From an uncultured Gammaproteobacteria bacterium (lineage in GTDB: Bacteria; Myxococcota_A; UBA9160; SZUA-336): a stretch of 53,391 bases of DNA. The DNA is taken from assembly GCA_964194645.1 (NCBI GenBank), contig CAXMNF010000049.1:1-53391 (forward strand), written 5' to 3'. Below the pieces are notes generated by a model. That model ran no database searches. It worked only from the letters and a program-made list of their open reading frames with translations, and was not told the origin of the DNA. Positions 7,700 through 16,500 of this stretch are shown here, piece after piece. A program made the position numbers and the translations under genes. Position 1 is the first letter of the stretch. Every line of letters starts with the position of its first letter.

Positions 7700-9867
7700 C
7701 TCCGCGCGCCTCAAGAGGTCCGCTCACGGTGGTGAGCAACCGCCTGCCGATCACCGTCTCGCGCGGTCGCTCGGGGCTGGAGGTGAAGCGCTCGGTCGGC
7801 GGCCTGGTGAGCGCGCTCGATCCGGCACTGCGCAGCCTCGGCGGCACCTGGGTGGGTTGGCCCGGCGCGCGCCTACAGCCCGGCGAGTCGCTCGAGCTGC
7901 CCGGGGCGCCGTTCCGCATCGCGCCGGTCGACATGACGCGCAGCGAGGTTCAGCGCTACTACCACGGCTTCTCGAACGGCACGCTCTGGCCGCTGTTCCA
8001 CTGCATGCCGGAGCGCAGCCGCTTCGAACGGCGCGACTGGGATGCCTACGACTCTGTCAACCAGCGCTTCGCGGCGAGTGCCGTCGAGGCGGCGGGTGAC
8101 TCCGACCTGATCTGGATCCACGACTACCAGTTGATGCTCGCGCCCCAGTACGTGCGGCGCCTGCGCCCCGAGCTGCGCGTCGGCTTCTTCCTGCACATTC
8201 CCTTTCCGCCCTTCGACGTGTTCCGCCTGCTGCCCTGGGCTCGCGAAGTCCTGCGCGGTCTGTTGGCCGCGGACCTGATCGGCTTTCACATGAACGGCTA
8301 CGTGCTGAACTTCCTGGAGTGCGTGGAGCGAATGCTCGGCGAGCGCGCCGATTCGCGCTCCGGCCTGGTCGAGCACGGCGAACGCACCGTGCGGACCGGC
8401 GCCTTCCCGATCGGGATCGACTTCGCGCAGTTCGACGAGCGCGCCCGCGCGGCCCCGCGCGGGGCCGCGCCGACCCAGCAGATCGTGCTGGGCGTGGACC
8501 GGCTCGACTACACGAAGGGCATCCCGGAGCGGATTCACGCCTTCGCGCGGCTGCTCGAAACGCACCCCGAGCACCGCAGTCACGTCACCCTGCTGCAGAT
8601 CGCCGTACCGAGCCGCTCCCAGGTCGCGGAGTACCAGGACCTGAAGCGCGAGATCGACGAGTTGGTCGGGCGCGTGAACGGGCGCTTCGCCAGCGCGACC
8701 TGGTCGCCGATCCGCTACCTGTACCGCTCGGTCGCGCCCGAGCGCCTGGCTGCGCTGTACCGCGACGCAGATGTCGCGCTGGTGACACCACTGCGAGACG
8801 GCATGAACCTGGTCGCCAAGGAGTACGTTGCCTCGCAGGTGGAGCGCCCCGGCGTGCTGATCCTGTCGCGCCTGGCGGGCGCGGCGGAGACCATGCACGA
8901 GGCCCTACAGGTGAACCCGTACAACATCGACGGAGTGGCGGTGCAGCTGCACCGGGCCCTGGTCATGGACGAGACGGAGCGCGAATCGCGCATCCAGGCG
9001 CTGCGCCGTCGCGAGCGCGCCCACGACCTGCAGCGCTGGCTCGAGAGCTTCCTGGCTGCCGCGTGGGACGCGCGCGGCCGGCTCTCTCCGGTCACCGGCG
9101 CGGACTTCGAGAGCTGGCTGGGCCGCTTCCTGGAGGGTCGGCGCCTGGCGCTGTTCCTGGACTACGACGGGACCCTCACGCCGCTGCGCCAGCACCCGAA
9201 GCTGGCAAAGCTTCTGCCGGAGATGCGCGCGGCGCTGGAATCCTGCCTGGAGCGCGAAGACACCGACGTGACGGTTGTGAGCGGGCGCGCCCTCGAGGAC
9301 GTGCGCAAACTGCTGCCGCTACCGGGCCTCGCGTTCGCGGGCAACCACGGCCTGGAGATCTCGGGGCCGGGCCTGCCCACATTCCGCCACGAGGATCTGG
9401 CGCATTACGAAGGTCGTCTGGATGGCCTCGCCGAGGCTCTGGAAAAGCTGTGCATTCCAGGCGCGTGGGTGGAGCGCAAGAGCGCGTCGCTCACCTTGCA
9501 CTTCCGCGAGGTCGACGAGGCGCAGCAGGAGAGCCTTGCGGACGACGCACGGCCCGAGATCCAGCGCGCCGGCTTCCAGGCGCGCGACGCCGCCTGCGCG
9601 CTGGAAGCCCGGCCGCCGATCGGCTGGGACAAGGGGCACGCCGCCCTGCACGTGCTGCGCACCCGCTACGGACCGGGTTGGTCGGAGCACGTGCGGCCGA
9701 TCTACGTGGGCGACGACTGGACCGACGAGGACGCGTTCCGCGCGCTCTCGGGCCTGGGCATCACGTTCCGGGTGGGCGGCGCTGACCGCCCGACGCTCGC
9801 GTCGCGCACCTTGCCCAACGTCGACAGCGTGCAAGCGCTGCTCGAGTGGCTGGCGGAGCGCACCTGA
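7696..9867 (+). CDS. otsAB: Bifunctional trehalose-6-phosphate synthase (GT20) / trehalose-6-phosphate phosphatase (HAD) fusion
   Basis: N-terminal motifs VVSNRLP, GGLVSAL, WVGWPG, IWIHDYQL and GVDRLDYTKG. C-terminal motif LFLDYDGTL plus the HAD motifs GDDWTDEDAF. Confidence 0.9.
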   Translation: MTPRASRGPLTVVSNRLPITVSRGRSGLEVKRSVGGLVSALDPALRSLGGTWVGWPGARLQPGESLELPGAPFRIAPVDMTRSEVQRYYHGFSNGTLWPLFHCMPERSRFERRDWDAYDSVNQRFAASAVEAAGDSDLIWIHDYQLMLAPQYVRRLRPELRVGFFLHIPFPPFDVFRLLPWAREVLRGLLAADLIGFHMNGYVLNFLECVERMLGERADSRSGLVEHGERTVRTGAFPIGIDFAQFDERARAAPRGAAPTQQIVLGVDRLDYTKGIPERIHAFARLLETHPEHRSHVTLLQIAVPSRSQVAEYQDLKREIDELVGRVNGRFASATWSPIRYLYRSVAPERLAALYRDADVALVTPLRDGMNLVAKEYVASQVERPGVLILSRLAGAAETMHEALQVNPYNIDGVAVQLHRALVMDETERESRIQALRRRERAHDLQRWLESFLAAAWDARGRLSPVTGADFESWLGRFLEGRRLALFLDYDGTLTPLRQHPKLAKLLPEMRAALESCLEREDTDVTVVSGRALEDVRKLLPLPGLAFAGNHGLEISGPGLPTFRHEDLAHYEGRLDGLAEALEKLCIPGAWVERKSASLTLHFREVDEAQQESLADDARPEIQRAGFQARDAACALEARPPIGWDKGHAALHVLRTRYGPGWSEHVRPIYVGDDWTDEDAFRALSGLGITFRVGGADRPTLASRTLPNVDSVQALLEWLAERT

Positions 9868-9904
9868 GGGCTGAGGGGGCGGGCCCTCGCCGGGTCCGCG
9901 CGCA

Positions 9905-9934
9905 TTGACAAAGACCTGCCCGATCCAGTCGAAT
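9905..9934 (+). promoter_or_regulatory. Candidate sigma70-type promoter TTGACA-N18-TCGAAT upstream of the 9960 gene
   Basis: Perfect -35 hexamer at 9905-9910 and a 4/6 -10 at 9929-9934. The SD aaaggggga precedes ATG 9960. Confidence 0.3.
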
Positions 9935-9959
9935 ACGCGCACTCAAAAGGGGGATCGCG

Positions 9960-10658
9960 ATGGAGCTCTTTTCTCAGGACGGATACTTCTTCATGCTGCG
10001 CTGGGTCCACTTCCTCGCCGGGATCACGTGGATCGGGATGCTGTACTACTTCAACTTCGTCCAGACGCCCTTCTTCGCCACCGAACTCGGGGGGAGCGCC
10101 CGCAGCGCCATCATGCGTGGCCTGGCGCCGAACGCCCTGTGGTGGTTCCGCTGGGGCGCCATGTTCACGTTCCTGTCGGGCTGGACCATCGTGATCTCGC
10201 ACATGGTGCTGGGAGGGAAGTCCTCCGAGTACTACGCGTTGATCCTGATCGGCGGCTTGATGGGCACGTTCATGTGGTTCAACGTGTGGTTCGTGATCTG
10301 GCCGATCCAGAAGCTGGCGATTGCCAACGCGGAGCAGGTGGCGGGCGGCGGCGAAGCAATCCCCGAGGCCGCCGCGCGCGCCCCCCTGGCCGGGCGCGCC
10401 TCGCGCACGAACACCCTGCTCTCGCTGCCGATGCTGTTCTTCATGGGCTCCGCGAGTCATTTCTCGACCTTGCTGAGCGGTGACCCTTCGCTCGGGCTGT
10501 ACTACCTGCTGGCCGTCGTGGTGGTCCTCGCCGTCGAGCTGAACCCGTTCTACGGGAATGCCGCCAGCCAAAAGCCGCTCGGCTCCGTATCGGGCACGCT
10601 CACCTGGGGCGCCATCGCGACGGTCGTGCTGTTCGGGATCGCGTCCGCGCTGCTCTAG
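9960..10658 (+). CDS. Integral membrane protein resembling the N-terminal membrane domain of urate hydroxylase PuuD (Urate_ox_N-like; also reminiscent of HemJ/CopD-type helical proteins)
   Basis: Motif LRWVHFLAGITWIGMLYYFNFVQ and about 6 predicted hydrophobic helices. The family assignment is from memory of the motif. Confidence 0.55.
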   Translation: MELFSQDGYFFMLRWVHFLAGITWIGMLYYFNFVQTPFFATELGGSARSAIMRGLAPNALWWFRWGAMFTFLSGWTIVISHMVLGGKSSEYYALILIGGLMGTFMWFNVWFVIWPIQKLAIANAEQVAGGGEAIPEAAARAPLAGRASRTNTLLSLPMLFFMGSASHFSTLLSGDPSLGLYYLLAVVVVLAVELNPFYGNAASQKPLGSVSGTLTWGAIATVVLFGIASALL

Positions 10659-10665
10659 CCGGGGG

Positions 10666-10992
10666 CTAACGCACGGCGCCGTCGGCCAGGTAGGCCGCCA
10701 GGTCGTCGATCTGCGCGCGCAGGTGCGGGAGCGGCTGCATCAGCCCGGTGTCGCGCTTCGGCGTGTAGCCGGACGGGTAGTCCCCGCCGAGCACCCGTGC
10801 GACCAACAGCTCCCGCGAGCTGCCGGCGATGGCCGGGCCCATCGTACCGTCGAGCGTCGGATCCACGTGGTGGCAGGCTGTGCAGTTCGCCGCGTAGACC
10901 TGGCGCCCACGCGCCACCGGGTCGTCCGAGCGGCAGCCCAAGCAAAGAAGCGAGAGCAGCGCCGTCAACACGAGCGGTGCCCGGGGAATCAG
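10666..10992 (-). CDS. Monohaem class I c-type cytochrome, lipoprotein; probable CTG start at 10992
   Basis: Haem motif CTACHH and a distal Met region. From the CTG the N-terminus reads IPRAPLVLTALLSLLCLGC, a proper signal peptide with lipobox. The CTG overlaps the hisI TGA (CTGA). The alternative start GTG 10971 lacks a charged n-region. Confidence 0.75.
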   Translation of the reverse strand: MIPRAPLVLTALLSLLCLGCRSDDPVARGRQVYAANCTACHHVDPTLDGTMGPAIAGSSRELLVARVLGGDYPSGYTPKRDTGLMQPLPHLRAQIDDLAAYLADGAVR

Positions 10993-11393
10993 GCGAACTC
11001 CAGGCCGCGCGCGTCGACCAGCCGGCGGTAGTAGCAGCTCGCGCGCGTATTTCCCTCGCTGTCTTTGGTGTGGCAAGCGCCCACCTGGCGCGGACGCACG
11101 CGGTAGAGCAGCGAGTTCTGCTCGCAGTTCACCCGCACGTCCTCCAGCTCGAGCACGTCCCCCGACGTGGCGCCCTTGCGCCACAGCTCGTTTCGCGAGG
11201 TCGACCAGAGCACCGCGGTGCGCGTCTCGAGCGTGGCGTGCAGCGCCTGCTGGTTCGCATAGCCGACGAACAGCACCTCGCCGCTCTCGGCGTGCTGCAG
11301 CACCACCGGCACGACGTCCTGACCTCTCTGCCCCACCTCGACGAGCTTCCCGTAGTCGAGCCGGAGCTCGAGTCCCTCTTCCAACGCGTTCAT
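10989..11393 (-). CDS. hisI: Phosphoribosyl-AMP cyclohydrolase (monofunctional HisI)
   Basis: Motifs LWSTSRNELWRKGATSG, VNCEQNSLLY and GACH. ATGA overlap with the upstream carboxylase. Confidence 0.9.
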   Translation of the reverse strand: MNALEEGLELRLDYGKLVEVGQRGQDVVPVVLQHAESGEVLFVGYANQQALHATLETRTAVLWSTSRNELWRKGATSGDVLELEDVRVNCEQNSLLYRVRPRQVGACHTKDSEGNTRASCYYRRLVDARGLEFA

Positions 11394-14300
11394 GGGTCCG
11401 CTCTCCTTGGCGAGTCGAGTAAGTCGATCAGCGCAGGCCGAAGCCTGGCGGGCTCCAGGATCGCTTCGAGCGAGCCCACCTCGAGGGCGCGCTCGACGCT
11501 GTGCACTGCGTCGAACTCAGCGGCGATCTCGGCCTGCTTCTCGAGAGTGACCTGGCGGAGAATCTGGTCGAGGCGGGCGCGCAGCGCCACCCGCACCGCC
11601 GGGTTGCTGGCCCTCGCCACCCGCTGCCGCGCCTCGCGCACGCGCGGATCCGCGTTAGCGCGGCTGCGCACCTCGCGCGGGAACACCACGGCCGCCGCCG
11701 CGGCGCCGCCAATCACCGAGGCGAAGGAGCCGGACACGGCGCTGGCACGCATCTCCGGGTTCAGCGCACGCGAAAACACCACGTAGGCGCCTCCGTGGTA
11801 GCGCGAGACCACCGTGAAGAGCAGCGGTCCGCGGAAGCGCACGACGGCCCGCGCGATCTCTGCGCCCAGCTCCAAGACGCCGCGGCGCATCGACTCCGGC
11901 GAGCCGTCGAAGCCGGACAGGTTCGCCAGGATCACGACCGGCCGGCTGTCGCTCGCCGCGTTCAATGCGCGCGCCACCTTCTTCGAGGAGAGCGGAAAGA
12001 GCGTGCCCGCGGTCCACTGGTCGGGCCCGTCATTCGCGACGTAGCCCACGCGCGGCAGCGGCCGGCTCTCGATGCCCAGCAGGCTGATCGGGTGGCCGCC
12101 CAGATGGCAGTCCCAGACAATTGCGGTCTCGGCGCCCGACCAGTCGCGCCAGCGTTCCAGCGAGTCGGCGTCCTGGTCCGCCACCGCGCGCATCAACGGA
12201 CGCATCGGGAAGGGGCGCTTGCGCTCCGGATTCGCCTCGGGGCTGAAGATCTCGCCCACCGTCTCGAAACCGTCCTCGCCGCACGGCGAGAGCGTCACGT
12301 CGCGGTCGGAGCGGTCGCGCGAGGCGAAGCGTCGCGGCCCGGGCTCGCCGGCCGCGCGATACGAGACCGCGTAGTGCTCCAGCAGGATCTCGTAGGCGCC
12401 TGCCAGGTCGCGCGCCTGATAGTGCGCCTGGCCACTCGGCGCCATGATCCGCTCGTAGCCGCCAATGCCGACTTCGTCCTCGGCGGCGACTGCGCCCGAG
12501 ACCTCGAGCGCCGCGCGGCCGGTCAGCACCATCGAGGCGCTGGGCAGCATCACCAGGATGCCGCGCGTGTGCATGCCCATGGTGGCCAGCGCGTCGAAGT
12601 AGCTCTGCGCGCCCACGTTCACGCCGGGCAGGATCAGGTTCACCTCGCCGCCAGCGTCGGTGAACGTCACCAGCCGGCGCACGACGCGCGCAGTCGCGTC
12701 CAGGTTCTCGGTGCCGCTGTCCATGGCGATGCGCGCGCCCGACGACACGGCCACCCACTCGACCGGCAGCCCCTCCCGCTCCGCCAGGTCGAGTGCCGCG
12801 ACGATCCGGGCGCACTCGGGCGACGCCAGGGCGCCCATGCCGAAGCTCGGATCGCCCAGCACGATCACGCGGCGCATACCCTCCGGGTACTTGGTGGTGG
12901 GAGTGGTGATCACGCCCAGCACCACGCCGCAGGTATTCTGGCCGGGGGGCCGGTCGACGGGCTGCGCGCGGCCGTCCAGCAACTCGTACTCCGTGAACGC
13001 GCCGGGCCCGACCGGCCGCGCGGGACCCGAGCCGCGCCGAGCGGGCGGCCGAAGGAACAGGCGGATCACCTCGAACGGGTCCACCAGGCGCCGCGCCCTG
13101 GCGGCGGCCACGCGGCGCTCATAGGGAGTGGCTGGCGCGAGTGGCTGGTCGTGTACGTCGCGCACGCTCGATTCCACGCGGCTTCCGGTCGGGTTGCCCG
13201 CCAGTACCTCGATCATGCGCGGCGCTGCGTCGCGCTGTTCGGGATCGATGGTGGCCAGGCGCACCACCACCTTCTCGAGGCCGAGCGAGCCGGTCTGTGG
13301 CGCCAGGCGCCGCAAGCTGGCGGTGAGCAGCTCGGCGCGCAGGACGATGGGCGGGCGCACCAGCACGTAGAGCCGATTCCACTGCAGGCGGCGCGCGGGA
13401 TCCACGGCTGCGTGCGTGACGCGCAGCGCCTCGATCGCCTCCTGGAAGCGCTGCTCGAAGAGCGCCAGGTCCGGCGCGTCGGGCACGCCGGCGCCCAGGT
13501 CGTCGACCTCGGCGATGCAGAACAGGCGCTCGTCGCCGCTCTGGTCGCGCGCGCGGCCGCGGAAGGTGTACACGCCGGCGAAGGTCTCGAAGCGCTCCAG
13601 CTCGAAGTTCTCGAAACGCCACAGCTCGATGCGCTCGGCCTCGTCGGGCGTGAGCCCGAGCGGCTCCGCCACCCGCGCCAGGCGCGCGGGATCGCGCGGC
13701 GCCACCATCGTGTGGCCGAGCTCGACCGGCGGTCCGGGAACCGCGTCCTCCTCGTCGCTGCGCCGCCGCTCGAAGAGCACGAAGCGCGCGTGGGACGCCA
13801 GGTCGGCGACGGCGGCCGACACGGTGCCGCGCAGCAAGGCGAGCCGGTCCAGCACCTCGCCCAGCTCGCCGCGGCCGCGGAAGACCTCTCCGCGCTCACC
13901 CAGGCCGATCGAGAGCTGCAGCAGGGCAACCACCAGCCGCGTGCGCAGCTCGAGCGTAGTGCGGGTGGCGTATACGCGCAGCACCGCGCGCCACAGCGCG
14001 TCACTCGGCTCGAGCGACGGGACGTCATAGTGGGCGAGGGTGCGGCGCAACTGCTCGAGGAAGTCGGCGTGGATGCCTGCGCCCTCGGCGGCGATGCGCC
14101 GCAGGTACATGGCCATGCGCGCGTCGTTCGAGGGGCCGAGCTCGTCGCCCTCGATGCGTGTCGGCGCGCGACTGAACAGGGTCTCGAGGTCGACGAAGAG
14201 CAGGAGCGCGGGGACCAGGCCCGCCAGCTCGGCGCGAAACGGGTCGGAGATCGCAGCGACGTCGGCTTCGAGCACCGCGACCAGCCGCTCCGCCCGCTCG

Positions 14301-16477
14301 GTGTTCACGTCGTAGCCCATCAGGATGCGGCGCAGCTCTCGGCGCAGCACACCGACCGCCTCGGCGCGTACGCCCGACGAGAGCCCCGAGGCGGCGGCCA
14401 GGTCGGGCGCCCCGTCCGGACCGAACAGCGCGTCGAGCGGATCGGGCTCCGGCTCGATCTCGAGCGCGGGTCGCGCACCGACGGCCGCCCCCTCACCGCT
14501 TTCCGGCTCGATCACCAGGATCACGTCGCCCGCCGAGACGCGCTCGCCGCCGCGCACCAGCACTTCGCGCACCACGCCGGCCACGGGCGCGAAGAACGCG
14601 GTCTCGGTCTTCATCGCCTCGAGCAGGCCGAGACGCTGCCCGCCCGCCACCTTCTGGCCCGCCTCGACCGAGACCTCGATCACCAGGGCCGGCGCGGGCG
14701 CGCGCACCTTGCCGCCCACGTCGCGGCGCACGCGGTGCAGATGCCCGTCGATCTCGAGGCGCAGTTCCGCGTCGGACTCGGAGAGCAGCACGCTGTGACT
14801 CCGGCCGCCCATCACCAGCTGGTAGCTGTACGGGCCCTGCTCGAGCAGGGTCGCCTGGGCGACCCGGTCCCGGAGGTGCACGCGGTAGGTCCAGCCGCCG
14901 ATCGCGAACACCTTCAGGCGGTAGGAGTGGCCGCTGTACACCAGGTCGAGCTCGCTGCCCGTCGACGAGGGGACCTGCCGGGGCCGTCCGCGGGCCGCCT
15001 GGTCGAAGAAGTTCAGAAGCACGGCCGCCCGCTCACCCTGGTGGGTGAGAATCGCGGCGACCACCAGCGCCTCGCTGCAGGGATCGGGCTGGGTGCGCAA
15101 CTGCACCGCGTCGAGCCAGCCGGTCGAGAGGCCGCCCGCGCGAAAGTCGTCGTGCTCCAGCACGTCGAGCAGGAAGCCCTTGTTGACCATCCCGCCGTCG
15201 ACCACGATGCCCAGATCGTAGACCGCGCGAACCAGGCGTGCGCGCGCCTCCTCGCGCGTGGCGCCGTGCGCGATCACCTTGGCCAGCATCGAGTCGAACT
15301 CGGCCGGGATCGAGCCGCCCAGGACGATGCCGGAGTCGACCCGGATGCCGGGCCCGGCCGGCAGCTCCAAGAGCGCGATGCGGCCCGGACTCGGGGCGAA
15401 GCCAGCGGCGGGATCCTCGGCACAGACCCGCACCTCGATCGCGTGGCCGCGTTCCGCGGGCGGCTCGGCCGGCAGGCGCTCGCCGCGCGCGATGCGGATC
15501 TGCCCCTTTACCAGATCGAAGTCGGTCAGCATCTCGGTGACGCCGTGCTCCACCTGGAGCCTCGGGTTCACCTCGAGGAAGGAGAAGCTCTCGTTGGCGC
15601 TCACCAGATACTCGGCTGTCGCCACCCCCACGTAGCCGGCCTCGCGAAGCAGCCGGATCGACGACTCGCGCATGCGCTGCACGAGCCCGGCGGAGAGGCC
15701 CGGCGGTGGGCCTTCCTCGACGATCTTCTGATGGCGCCGCTGCACGGAGCAGTCGCGCAGGCCCAGCGCCAGCACGCCGCCGTGCTGATCGGCGGCCATC
15801 TGCACCTCGACGTGGCGCGCGTCGGACAGGCACGCCTCGAGAAACAAGGTGCCGTCGCCAAAGCTGTTCGCCGCCTCCTTGGTCGCGCTCTCGAAGGCCA
15901 CCAACAACTCCGACGTGGCGTCCACCCGGCGGATGCCGCGGCCGCCGCCTCCGGCCGTGGCCTTGATCATCAGCGGAAAGCCGAGCTTCTGCGCGTGCGC
16001 GTCGAGCTCCTCGCGCGTAACGGGACCGCCGCTCCAGGGCGCCACCGGCACGCGCGCGGCTTCCGCGATCCGCTTCGAGGTGATCTTGTCGCCGAGCTGA
16101 CGCATCGTCTCGGCCGACGGACCCAGGAACACGATGCCCGCGGACTCGAGCCGCTCGACGAAGCTCGGGTCCTCGGCCAGGAAGCCCCAGCCCGGCCAGA
16201 GGGCGTCGGCACGCGTCGCGCGCAGAGCGGCGAGCACGCGCTCGTGGTCCAGATAGGCGGGACGCAGCGCCGTCGCCGGCCCGCGCAGCGCGGGTCCCAG
16301 CGAAAGAGCTTCGTCGGCTTCGCGCACGAACGGTGCGAAGCGATCGGGGTCGGTGTAGTAGCCGATCCCGACCAGGTCCTCGCCGGTTTCCGCGCGCAAC
16401 TCACGAATCGCACGAAGGCAGCGCGTGGCTGCCTCGCCCCGATTCAGAACGGCGATCCTGCTGACGCGCTGGCTCAA
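11390..16477 (-). CDS. Single-chain multidomain biotin-dependent acyl-CoA carboxylase (biotin carboxylase - BCCP - central region - carboxyltransferase), 1695 aa
   Basis: N-terminal motifs RIAVLNRGEAA and PLMIKATAGGGGRGIR (ATP-grasp). Biotinyl motif LEAMKTE near aa 640. The C-terminus has AccD/PccB-like halves (NLILPGVNVGAQSY; ILANLSGFDGSPESMRRGVL). TTG start at 16477. Confidence 0.9.
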   Translation of the reverse strand: MSQRVSRIAVLNRGEAATRCLRAIRELRAETGEDLVGIGYYTDPDRFAPFVREADEALSLGPALRGPATALRPAYLDHERVLAALRATRADALWPGWGFLAEDPSFVERLESAGIVFLGPSAETMRQLGDKITSKRIAEAARVPVAPWSGGPVTREELDAHAQKLGFPLMIKATAGGGGRGIRRVDATSELLVAFESATKEAANSFGDGTLFLEACLSDARHVEVQMAADQHGGVLALGLRDCSVQRRHQKIVEEGPPPGLSAGLVQRMRESSIRLLREAGYVGVATAEYLVSANESFSFLEVNPRLQVEHGVTEMLTDFDLVKGQIRIARGERLPAEPPAERGHAIEVRVCAEDPAAGFAPSPGRIALLELPAGPGIRVDSGIVLGGSIPAEFDSMLAKVIAHGATREEARARLVRAVYDLGIVVDGGMVNKGFLLDVLEHDDFRAGGLSTGWLDAVQLRTQPDPCSEALVVAAILTHQGERAAVLLNFFDQAARGRPRQVPSSTGSELDLVYSGHSYRLKVFAIGGWTYRVHLRDRVAQATLLEQGPYSYQLVMGGRSHSVLLSESDAELRLEIDGHLHRVRRDVGGKVRAPAPALVIEVSVEAGQKVAGGQRLGLLEAMKTETAFFAPVAGVVREVLVRGGERVSAGDVILVIEPESGEGAAVGARPALEIEPEPDPLDALFGPDGAPDLAAASGLSSGVRAEAVGVLRRELRRILMGYDVNTERAERLVAVLEADVAAISDPFRAELAGLVPALLLFVDLETLFSRAPTRIEGDELGPSNDARMAMYLRRIAAEGAGIHADFLEQLRRTLAHYDVPSLEPSDALWRAVLRVYATRTTLELRTRLVVALLQLSIGLGERGEVFRGRGELGEVLDRLALLRGTVSAAVADLASHARFVLFERRRSDEEDAVPGPPVELGHTMVAPRDPARLARVAEPLGLTPDEAERIELWRFENFELERFETFAGVYTFRGRARDQSGDERLFCIAEVDDLGAGVPDAPDLALFEQRFQEAIEALRVTHAAVDPARRLQWNRLYVLVRPPIVLRAELLTASLRRLAPQTGSLGLEKVVVRLATIDPEQRDAAPRMIEVLAGNPTGSRVESSVRDVHDQPLAPATPYERRVAAARARRLVDPFEVIRLFLRPPARRGSGPARPVGPGAFTEYELLDGRAQPVDRPPGQNTCGVVLGVITTPTTKYPEGMRRVIVLGDPSFGMGALASPECARIVAALDLAEREGLPVEWVAVSSGARIAMDSGTENLDATARVVRRLVTFTDAGGEVNLILPGVNVGAQSYFDALATMGMHTRGILVMLPSASMVLTGRAALEVSGAVAAEDEVGIGGYERIMAPSGQAHYQARDLAGAYEILLEHYAVSYRAAGEPGPRRFASRDRSDRDVTLSPCGEDGFETVGEIFSPEANPERKRPFPMRPLMRAVADQDADSLERWRDWSGAETAIVWDCHLGGHPISLLGIESRPLPRVGYVANDGPDQWTAGTLFPLSSKKVARALNAASDSRPVVILANLSGFDGSPESMRRGVLELGAEIARAVVRFRGPLLFTVVSRYHGGAYVVFSRALNPEMRASAVSGSFASVIGGAAAAAVVFPREVRSRANADPRVREARQRVARASNPAVRVALRARLDQILRQVTLEKQAEIAAEFDAVHSVERALEVGSLEAILEPARLRPALIDLLDSPRRADP

Positions 16478-16500
16478 GCGCTCGTATTATAGGCCGCGGG

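Noticed and set aside
11501-16492. 1663-aa ORF on the plus strand, antisense to the carboxylase. Similar long antisense or alternate-frame ORFs occur at 4006-5832, 18794-20203, 21240-23132, 35057-37009, 35755-38052 and 42092-43936, among others.
   Set aside because: Their translations are low-complexity Arg/Ala/Gly/Pro-rich strings typical of stop-free frames in about 70% GC DNA. In every case another frame or strand encodes a protein with clear family motifs.
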